From contig NZ_CP147990.1 in NCBI RefSeq assembly GCF_037902255.1, positions 2,760,001 through 2,792,000 on the forward strand: a DNA stretch of 32,000 nucleotides, in the 5' to 3' direction. Of this stretch, positions 16,085 through 23,468 are shown piece after piece (the stretch's first letter is position 1; every line of letters begins with the position of its first letter). Made by a program: the position numbers and the translations under genes. Origin of the DNA: Candidatus Electrothrix sp. GW3-4 (GTDB lineage: Bacteria; Desulfobacterota; Desulfobulbia; Desulfobulbales; Desulfobulbaceae). The notes beneath the pieces are model-generated. The model did no database searches. It was not told the DNA's origin and worked only from the letters and a program-made list of their open reading frames with translations.

Positions 16085-16210
16085 ATCCAACAAATCATTT
16101 CAAGGGACTGCTACCGGTTTGGCTCGTTCAAAGTAATCGGTAAAGCGTAGCTTATACAACGTTCCACCATCTCGGTAATGCGCCGCAGCCCCTGAATTCA
16201 ATCGTTGGAC
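16085..16210 (+). other. attC site 4 (126 bp), last recognisable site of the array
   Basis: R'' is ATCCAAC (16085-16091), the exact complement of GTTGGAT at 14824. R' is GTTGGAC (16204-16210). The arms AAATCATTTCAAGGGACTGC and GCAGCCCCTGAATTCAATC pair imperfectly. Confidence 0.68.
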
Positions 16211-16732
16211 AAGCCCGGCATTATATAGAAAACATCTTTTTGGGCTGAAGGCTGCCTGATCAGACAGATGGATTGAAAGGCTGTTTCGGAGCTGATAAAT
16301 CTGATCTTTGCAATTGATTCACCCTGCTCATAAGGCTTTAGCTGATGAAAAATGGTGTTTTTTGGACATAGGTATCCTTTGCCGGTTGAACCGGTTTTTT
16401 CGAAAACTGACGATGTCGCTTCAGGGTTACATAACCATGCATACCTCCTTTTTTATGCGATGCAAACCGCTGGCCGGAAAGACTATCAGTTGTCCCACAG
16501 AAAAATCATTTTTAGCCTTCTCGTTCTATGTATGAACAACTCACAACGTGAAATTGTCTTGCAACGTGCGGCAGTAATGGGCGTGCCCGACCAGATCGCC
16601 GAAATTGTAGTGTCTCTGTTCTATGACCCAATGTAGGACAATTGGTTCTTTGCACAAATCAGAAACAGACACCGATTAGGCCCTCCATGTTTGCGGGACA
16701 ACTACCGCTATAAAAAAAAACGACAAGAATAT

Positions 16733-18010
16733 ATGAACGAATCAGCAGATGAAACGGCGTGGGAGATGAATCTGAGGATCACCAGGAATGAGGAGTCGCC
16801 AAGCGAACAGACCCTCCTTTTGTTGAGTCACGCTGATCAACAATCACATCAAGACCGGGTGAAGACGGCCTATTACGGGCAAAAGCGTCTTGTGATCAGT
16901 GATGCAGCATCAGGCTCATATCAAGATGTCTCGCTGTTTGCAATAATGAGTTTTCGGTCCGCTGAGCATTGGAACCGTCAAAGTATCAGCAAAGCAATAG
17001 AGGCAGGTGGCGCAGTGCTCCATGAACAGCACGTTACACCGCTGATGTCTCGCCACGATTTGTCTCAGGGAACACAGGAACATCTGAATGAGTTGAAGTG
17101 GCAGGACGACAAGGCAATGGCGGAAGGAGTTGTTTTGTTTGCTGCCAGTGGCGGTGAATGGCCTGTTCCCGGAATAGTCTGTCAGCGTTTTGCACGGTAT
17201 GTGAGAAGGTGCTTTGGGGGGCATCCGGCAATCATCCGTCGTATAGCTACTGCTGAATCATTGCCGAAACGACTTGAGATTATATCCTGGTTTGGAGACA
17301 AACAGGAAAATAATATCATTGAAATCATGCAGAGCACTCAGGCCTCATCTATAAAGTTATCCGAAACTTCTATGCTGTCAAGGGACTTCGGGGATGACCA
17401 ACTTGCCCGATGCATGGAAGCAGCATACCACAGCGGCCCGATCTGCGACGCTGATTTTGAAAAAAATTTGGCCCGTATTCGAGGGGACTTGGAGAAAGAA
17501 CGATGGTTTCCCGCCCTGCTAGGCGTTTTAACCCTCGGATGGTCTCACCCTATAGCAACCATTCCGCAGGATGTGTTCGGTCTTGTGCAGCCGCTCAGTA
17601 GGGCAGATCCTACGGCGGCACAATGTTGTGCAGTACTGGAGAGGGTGCGGCAGGGAGATTTGGATATCACAAAATTGACGGAAGAATTTCAACAAATGCG
17701 ACAAGCTGCTGCCGACCGTGCCTATGTTTTGGATATTTTCCTCGGTACCTTTTTGATAGATGAAGAACCGAGCCAGGCGATCAGCGCATATCTTGCTGGC
17801 CTTCAGGGGGACCCACGCCTTGTGAGCCCTTACCATGACTTGGGCTTGATATTTGAGAGAAAGTATAACCACAATGATGCATATAGATGCTGGGATTTTG
17901 CCAGATGGCTTTCCCCCAACCATCCGATCATGAGCGACGTGGAGGCCTGGGAGCACGATATCCTTGCAGTAGAGGCGGAGGCACCGTTTGGGCAGTTTGT
18001 TTCAATATAG
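16733..18010 (+). CDS. Hypothetical protein (425 aa) with TPR-like C-terminus
   Basis: This is a long ORF. The track start is a TTG at 16691, and I prefer the ATG at 16733 (MNESADETAWEM...). The C-terminal AISAYLAGLQGDPRLVSPYHDLGLIFERKYNHNDAYRCWDFARWLSPNHP looks like TPR repeats. I recognise no other family. Confidence 0.5.
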   Translation: MNESADETAWEMNLRITRNEESPSEQTLLLLSHADQQSHQDRVKTAYYGQKRLVISDAASGSYQDVSLFAIMSFRSAEHWNRQSISKAIEAGGAVLHEQHVTPLMSRHDLSQGTQEHLNELKWQDDKAMAEGVVLFAASGGEWPVPGIVCQRFARYVRRCFGGHPAIIRRIATAESLPKRLEIISWFGDKQENNIIEIMQSTQASSIKLSETSMLSRDFGDDQLARCMEAAYHSGPICDADFEKNLARIRGDLEKERWFPALLGVLTLGWSHPIATIPQDVFGLVQPLSRADPTAAQCCAVLERVRQGDLDITKLTEEFQQMRQAAADRAYVLDIFLGTFLIDEEPSQAISAYLAGLQGDPRLVSPYHDLGLIFERKYNHNDAYRCWDFARWLSPNHPIMSDVEAWEHDILAVEAEAPFGQFVSI

Positions 18011-18351
18011 TCGCGAAGTAACTGGACCGCACGCCGGGCAGGTCTCCCAGGATAAGGACGTGATCTTTCACTACACAACCGTGGCATGTACCCTATCTCC
18101 TAAACCCAGGATTTCGTCATGTTGTGCTGACTTACCCGGAAACTGGGCCTTGTATGCCATTTCTGTTCGTCGGCTCATAGCTTTGCTCCAGGTTTCCTTC
18201 AGACGATTCCTCGCGAAATCGCCCTCGGAATCTGCGCTTACCTGACTTTTACTAGTATTTATGGTCCTGTCTCACGATAGTACCAGGGTTTACGAATAAG
18301 GAAAAAGATCAAACAGGACTTTGTTGAAAATCGTATTGAAGATAAAGTCAA

Positions 18352-19113
18352 ATGAATAATTGGTTTACAATAGATCAGATTGATCAAGCAACTTATATCA
18401 TAAGCGAATACCGCCATTGGGAAGAAACACATTGCTATCTTTTGAATGGCTCTGAACGCAGTTTGCTCATTGATACCGGACTTGGAATCAGTAATATATA
18501 TGATGAAGTCATTAAGCTGACAGACAAGCCAGTCACTGCTGTCGCTACGCACATTCACTGGGATCATATTGGCGGTCATAGATTTTTCCAGGATTTTTAC
18601 GCTCATGGGGCTGAACTGAACTGGCTTAACGGAGAGTTCCCTCTGACAATGGAGCAGATTAAAGGAATGGTCGTTGACCGCTGTGACTTGCCGGAAGATT
18701 TTGATGTAAACAACTATGAGTTCTTTCAGGGCAATCCGACTAGAGTGCTAGAGGATAATGATGTAATTGATATTGGAGACAGATTTGTTCAGATAGTCCA
18801 TACGCCTGGCCATTCGCCCGGGCATATTTGTTTTTGGGAAAAGGAGCGTGGTTATCTTTTTACCGGTGATTTGGTTTATAAAGACACGCTTTTTGCCTTC
18901 TTTCCGTCTACTGATCCAGAAGCGTACCTCAATTCCCTGAAACGGATATCGGCCTTACCGGTGAAGCATGTATTCCCTTCGCATCACACTCTGGATATTC
19001 AGCCTGAAATTCTTGGCAGAATGCGTGATGCCTTTCGGCAATTAAAGGCTGAGGGAAAATTGCATCATGGCAGCGGAACATATGACTACGGCGATTGGGC
19101 TATATGGCTATAA
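18352..19113 (+). CDS. MBL-fold metallo-hydrolase
   Basis: The HxHxDH motif is present (ATHIHWDHIGGH), along with HTPGHSPGHICF and TGDLV downstream, in a 253-aa ORF. Confidence 0.85.
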   Translation: MNNWFTIDQIDQATYIISEYRHWEETHCYLLNGSERSLLIDTGLGISNIYDEVIKLTDKPVTAVATHIHWDHIGGHRFFQDFYAHGAELNWLNGEFPLTMEQIKGMVVDRCDLPEDFDVNNYEFFQGNPTRVLEDNDVIDIGDRFVQIVHTPGHSPGHICFWEKERGYLFTGDLVYKDTLFAFFPSTDPEAYLNSLKRISALPVKHVFPSHHTLDIQPEILGRMRDAFRQLKAEGKLHHGSGTYDYGDWAIWL

Positions 19114-19232
19114 CAGGAAAGACACCGAACAACAATGCGTTCTTCGAACGCTCCTTGCGTCGCACCGCACAGTTTAAACGTTATATGGCAGACATCCCAA
19201 TACGTACCATACCTTGCAAAAGGAGACTCAAT

Positions 19233-19961
19233 ATGACTCGACTGCTCGTTTTATTCATTGTGTTTACGCTTTCTCAGGCTATTTCGCTGGCCGAGGATGC
19301 AACGGCATCCGGCAAGATTATCGTGGATGCGAGCAAGGATGGGGGAGTGTGGTGGTTCCCGCAAGGACAAGACGGCTTTGACCCCGCAAAAGACCACCAA
19401 GGGAAGCGGCTCGCAGACTATCTGAAATCTCGCAGTTGGAAAGTTCAAGAGATTGCTCGCGGTGACGACGTAACAGAACGACTTGAAGGCGCTGACATTG
19501 TGATTCGCGCTGGTCTTTTCGGTAAATACAAGGAGTCCGAAGTGCGTGCCTACCGAGAGTATGTTTCAGGTGGGGGAAACGTACTCCTTCTTCGAGGTTT
19601 CGTGCGCGAAGGCAACATGAGTAGTGACAAGGTTGCCAAAGAGTTTGGTATCGTCTTTTCAGAGACCGTGCGAACGGCAACCATCAAACGTTGGGCACAG
19701 CATCCTCTTGCCAAGAATCTCCAATTATTGCGATACAACATTGGCAGCATCGTCACCGAATCGCCAAATTCGACTATCCCAATCGCTTATTTGGACAACG
19801 ATCAGATCGTTATGGGCATCGTGACAAGCGGCAAAGGGAAAGTCGTCTTCGTCAGCACCATTCTGCCCCTATTACAGGTCCCTCAACCATTTACAAAACG
19901 TGTCCTTGATGAATTGACACGCAAGAACCAGCACCCAAACCAAATGCTATCTAACGAATAA
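19233..19961 (+). CDS. Secreted hypothetical protein (242 aa)
   Basis: The ATG at 19233 is preceded by AAAGGAGA. The N-terminus MTRLLVLFIVFTLSQAISLAEDA looks like a signal peptide. The upstream part of the track ORF from 19095 overlaps the MBL gene and has no support. Any fold assignment, such as GATase1-like or DUF4350-like, is only a guess. Confidence 0.6.
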   Translation: MTRLLVLFIVFTLSQAISLAEDATASGKIIVDASKDGGVWWFPQGQDGFDPAKDHQGKRLADYLKSRSWKVQEIARGDDVTERLEGADIVIRAGLFGKYKESEVRAYREYVSGGGNVLLLRGFVREGNMSSDKVAKEFGIVFSETVRTATIKRWAQHPLAKNLQLLRYNIGSIVTESPNSTIPIAYLDNDQIVMGIVTSGKGKVVFVSTILPLLQVPQPFTKRVLDELTRKNQHPNQMLSNE

Positions 19962-20000
19962 GGTTAGATTGTGCAAGCGCAGCGAGCCACAATCTGAACC
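19962..20000 (+). terminator. Hairpin immediately after the stop codon, possible weak intrinsic terminator
   Basis: GGTTAGATTGTG (19962-19973) pairs with CACAATCTGAACC (19988-20000) with one bulged base and a 14-nt loop, followed by ATTTGTTG, a poor U-tract. Confidence 0.35.
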
Positions 20001-20281
20001 ATTTGTTGAATAAATCGCTCAACCGGAGCGGTGGTTTGGCGCGTGTTTAAGAGAGAATAAGGAACAGCCCCCAATGAGCCGTCATTTTTCAAAACGCTTG
20101 CATCGTTCTGTAGCATCTTATTCTGTTTTGTTGGGTTATAGACTAATGCCTATGAGTTACCTAATTTTGCGCAGATCAAGGCAAACAATGCCCGAACCAA
20201 ACGCTTGAGTGGATGCGAAGAACTCCGGCGGCGTTTACGCGGCAAGTTTTGGAGAACCGCTGCTGAATTCAAACGTATGCT

Positions 20282-20611
20282 ATGAATCCTAAAAAAGTTA
20301 TCAGAAATAACGTTCGCGTTCTCACCGATCTTCCCAATATTGGCAAATCGATGGAAAGAGCTCTGCTATCCATAGACATCCAGCAGCCAAATAATCTGAT
20401 AGGTCAGTCTCCCTCTCAGATGTACGAAGAGCTTTGTCAAAAAACAGCCGCAAAACAAGATCCATGCGTACTGGATGTATTCATTTCCATCACTCGCTTC
20501 ATGGAAGGGGAAGATCCCAAACCTTGGTGGAAATACACGCGGGAAAGGAAAGAATACTTAAAAGAACAAACAGATAACAAAGAGCAAAAAGGGGCGAATT
20601 TATCCTTCTGA
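20282..20611 (+). CDS. Helix-hairpin-helix domain protein (Cdd1/'pathogenicity locus'-like family)
   Basis: 109 aa. LTDLPNIGKSMERALLSIDIQQPNNLIGQSPSQMYEELC...QDPCVLDVFISITRFMEGEDPKPWWKYTRERK matches my recollection of the conserved LPNIG...DPC.LD...PWW.YT.ERK signature. Confidence 0.6.
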   Translation: MNPKKVIRNNVRVLTDLPNIGKSMERALLSIDIQQPNNLIGQSPSQMYEELCQKTAAKQDPCVLDVFISITRFMEGEDPKPWWKYTRERKEYLKEQTDNKEQKGANLSF

Positions 20612-20752
20612 ACTCCCACTGACTTCAAGATATTTTCCTTTTCTCCTCCACCATCCCCCTTGCCCCATCTGCCTGTATCTGGTACCATTCTCTTGAGGAA
20701 AATGAACGCCCCCTGATCATCGCGGCAATACCTGGGCGGCGGGTGAGCTTGG

Positions 20753-20761
20753 TGTTATAAT
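20753..20761 (+). promoter_or_regulatory. Extended -10 promoter element TGTTATAAT
   Basis: TGnTATAAT matches at 20753-20761, about 50 nt upstream of the Uma2 gene start at 20813. There is no good -35 hexamer. Confidence 0.35.
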
Positions 20762-20812
20762 GAAATGCAGGATGGAAAGGCTATGGATACGGAATACTGA
20801 GAAGGGAAGATA

Positions 20813-21364
20813 ATGGGATTACCTCAAAGGAAGTTATTTACAAAAGATGAATATCTGTTATTAGAAGAAAAAGCAGACTCAAAGCATGAGTTGGTTAACG
20901 GTGAAATCTATGCAATGGCCGGTGCTAAAGAAAATCATGTGAAAATAACAGGTAACATATTCAGAAATATTGCCAATCATTTGCTTGAATCCCCATGTGA
21001 TGTTTATTCAAGTGACATGAAATTATCAGCAGGGTTTGATTGTTATTATCCCGATGTTTTTGTCAAATGCGACCCGGACGATAATGACGAATTAGTTAAA
21101 GAAAAACCGATACTCATTGTTGAAGTTCTGTCAGAATCAACGAAACATTTTGATAGAGGAGATAAACTGCAAAATTATCTCAGAATTCCAAGTTTACAAG
21201 AATATGTCCTGGTGAGCCAGAAAGAAATTGAAACTTGGATATACAGGCGAAGAGGAAAAAAGTGGGAGATGGAAATCTTAAAAGATAATGATGAGCTTCA
21301 TTTTATTTCTATTGATTTGAAAATACCAGTTGGAGATTTATACGTAAAAGTGCTCTTTTCCTGA
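20813..21364 (+). CDS. Uma2 family (DUF820) PD-(D/E)XK-type putative endonuclease
   Basis: 183 aa. FTKDEYLLLEE....ELVNGEIYAMAGAKENHVKITGNI...YYPDVFV...PILIVEVLSEST...DRGDKLQNYLRIPSLQEYVLVSQ is the typical Uma2 layout (E..nG, PD, EV.S, K..Y). Confidence 0.8.
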   Translation: MGLPQRKLFTKDEYLLLEEKADSKHELVNGEIYAMAGAKENHVKITGNIFRNIANHLLESPCDVYSSDMKLSAGFDCYYPDVFVKCDPDDNDELVKEKPILIVEVLSESTKHFDRGDKLQNYLRIPSLQEYVLVSQKEIETWIYRRRGKKWEMEILKDNDELHFISIDLKIPVGDLYVKVLFS

Positions 21365-21393
21365 AAAATAGCTGAAAAAATGAGCGGATTGCA

Positions 21394-21840
21394 ATGCGCA
21401 TCGCCAAGCTGATCCTCTCCAAAATCCTTGATCAGGAAATCGAAACCCTGGAGTTCAAACCCACAGAGTTCAGAAAAAAAATCGGCCTGAACCTCACCGT
21501 CTTCCGCATCGACTTCTCCGCTGTGATCCGCCAGGAGGACGGCAGCCGCAAGCTGGTTCTGATCGAAATCCAGAAGGCCAAGCTGCCCACCGACATCATG
21601 CGCTTTCGTAAATATCTCGGCGGCCAGTATCAAGATCCCAACAACGTCTATCCCACAGAGGACGGTGCCAGCGAAAAGGCCCTGAGTAGAGCATGCTCCG
21701 GGACATTTCCCCTTCCTTCTCTCCCCAAAAACACCCGCAAAACCCTCCTCACAAAAATCCACAACCATCCAGCCCACAACTCCCCTACTTTCTCTTTTCA
21801 CTCGACAAATATTTCTTGTCATATTTCAACAATTATGTAA
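21394..21840 (+). pseudogene. Remnant of a PD-(D/E)XK nuclease family (putative transposase-like) gene
   Basis: The first ~85 codons, AKLILSKILDQEIETLEFKPTEF...VFRIDFSAVIRQEDGSRKLVLIEIQKAKLPTDIMRFRKYLGGQY, resemble the N-terminal third of roughly 300-aa PD-(D/E)XK family proteins. That full length is from my recollection. After about 21650 the frame runs into low-complexity CA-rich sequence (PLPSLPKNTRKTLLTKIHNHPAHNSP...) with no protein-like character. Confidence 0.5.
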
Positions 21841-22184
21841 AAAACATCCCGCTCAAGACAGCACCTTACAAAAACTCAATCTATCCAAAAAGATAACCTA
21901 TCACCACAAAAACAATTCTGTAAAAACAACGTAACATATTCATTTTATAGAATTAACAAAATAGAGATGCTTCCTATTAGCTTTCTCCCTTGCAATAAAA
22001 TTCGATCGCGCTAGGGTGACAAAAAAGAGCAATCTTTACAAAAACAAGCCTGCACTTCTCCACACAGAACGAACGAGTTCCCTCGCAAAGTCCTCACGCA
22101 GAAAAGCAGCATCCAAAAACACCATGAGTAAAGTTAAATTGAGTAGTTACTCATAACAGCAATCCAAAGCGGAGTATAGACACT

Positions 22185-23357
22185 ATGAACTCTCCAAAAA
22201 TAATCTCAAAAATAGAAGACTTACCTGAGACATTATGGTATCCACAAAAGGGATCAAAAAATATCACGGACCTCTACCGGGGCCAACCTGTTGCCGAAAG
22301 CATTGCTCCCAAGGATATCCGCCCTGAAAAGCTGGTCTGCATGCTGGAGGACTTAAACAAAGAAGAAACCCCGCTCTACGAGCGCCTCCCTGGAGTCAAT
22401 GGAGCAAGCCTGGAACACTGGCAACAAATTCTGATACGTTTGCAGCAAACAGACATTGCTCAGGATGCAGATCTTGATGGGCAACCCCATGCATTCCGTA
22501 AACGGTATTTCCTCAAGATGGCCCAAGCCCCTGGCCTCCCTGACTTTCATTATACCAACGAGACCCGAATCAGAGAAAACGCCTTGAAGGGAGCAGAAAA
22601 TTCGCTCACGGAACGAATGCGAATCGAAACCGCAGAACGTGATATTGAATATCTGGCAACAAAGATATTTGGAGCTCTTGAAGGTGAGATCGGAAAACAG
22701 GATATACGAAAGGTCATAACGGCCCTGATCAACCAATCACCTTCCATCGGGCAGGTTTATAAAGAGCTCCTGCCTAAGCTCGTCGAGAATCGAGCAATGA
22801 TTGGCTGTGAAATTATTGCTCCAGGAGAAATAGCCTCCCAAGCCGGGCAGGATTCCAAACTCACAGCCAAGGAAACAGAAAAAAACGAGCCCCTTAAACG
22901 AGCAGAAACAGCTGAGGAAAAAAGACAGGCAAAGATCGTCTCGTTACAGAATAAATTAAAAAAAATACAAAATAAAGACACGCCCAAACGAGAAGAAAGA
23001 GCAGAAGCAGAGCAACAAAGGCAGACAAAGATCGCCTCTGTCCAGAGTATTATCCGTCGTCTCAGCGAGATGAGCTTCCAGCAAGCAGAGGTGCTTGTTT
23101 ACGGTGACTTTTTCATCAACAAAAATGCCAGTGGGGCCTTTGTTCTCTCCTACAAACATCCCTTATCCGACTATGTTGATCAACCCGTTCGGATCGTAAC
23201 CATGGGGATCAAAGGACTCTCCCCCTCTTATAAAGGTGAATATGAGAAAAATATTGGAAGGTTTAAGTCCCTGAACATCTATGGTCAAGTTACGCAGCGA
23301 TTAAACCTTGATAAGGGGATATATGATATTGTGATTAATCCGTACGCGATTTACTGA
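22185..23357 (+). CDS. Hypothetical protein (390 aa) with charged coiled-coil middle and internal 32-aa duplication
   Basis: The ATG at 22185 has a GGAG 11 nt upstream. The middle region contains ...AEEKRQAKIVSLQ... and ...AEQQRQTKIASVQ..., encoded by near-identical DNA at 22924-22950 and 23020-23046. I recognise no family. Confidence 0.6.
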   Translation: MNSPKIISKIEDLPETLWYPQKGSKNITDLYRGQPVAESIAPKDIRPEKLVCMLEDLNKEETPLYERLPGVNGASLEHWQQILIRLQQTDIAQDADLDGQPHAFRKRYFLKMAQAPGLPDFHYTNETRIRENALKGAENSLTERMRIETAERDIEYLATKIFGALEGEIGKQDIRKVITALINQSPSIGQVYKELLPKLVENRAMIGCEIIAPGEIASQAGQDSKLTAKETEKNEPLKRAETAEEKRQAKIVSLQNKLKKIQNKDTPKREERAEAEQQRQTKIASVQSIIRRLSEMSFQQAEVLVYGDFFINKNASGAFVLSYKHPLSDYVDQPVRIVTMGIKGLSPSYKGEYEKNIGRFKSLNIYGQVTQRLNLDKGIYDIVINPYAIY

Positions 23358-23468
23358 GAATACAAAGTCGTTTTGCCGCGTTGATGCTGTATCAGAATCT
23401 CATATTCTTGTACAGGAAGAGTTGGCCTTTCCTCACTCCATTTCATCATGATGTAACAGGTGCCGACC

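Larger units (their letters stand above)
11796..16210. mobile_element. Integron: intI, attI and a four-cassette array
   Basis: intI is divergent from the array. The attI crossover heptamer is GTTAGGC at 12955. Four attC sites follow. The R' heptamer at each cassette's 5' end is the exact reverse complement of the R'' heptamer at that cassette's 3' end. The cassette DNA is markedly AT-rich. Confidence 0.88.

Noticed and set aside
18259-18606. 115-aa minus-strand ORF
   Set aside because: It overlaps the 5' end of the MBL-fold hydrolase gene on the opposite strand, and its isoleucine/phenylalanine-rich sequence has no motifs.
19962-20000. Hairpin GGTTAGATTGTG...CACAATCTGAACC as a fifth attC
   Set aside because: It contains GTTAGAT and a bulged base, which is attC-like. 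But the polarity is wrong: GTTRRRY lies at the 5' end and the AAC box at the 3' end. The sequence is also far too short. I kept it only as a weak terminator-like hairpin.
20011-20055. GCTCAAC...GTTTAAG as an attC
   Set aside because: GCTCAAC fits RYYYAAC, but the putative R' does not fit GTTRRRY and is not its complement. The intervening sequence is not palindromic.
20074-20208. 44-codon arginine-rich ORF (MSRHFSKRLHRS...) with an AAGGA upstream
   Set aside because: It is too short and compositionally odd to call without homology or expression data.
21298-21822. 174-aa minus-strand ORF
   Set aside because: It is the G-rich antisense of the C-rich tract and the PD-(D/E)XK remnant. Its glycine/valine-rich low complexity has no support.
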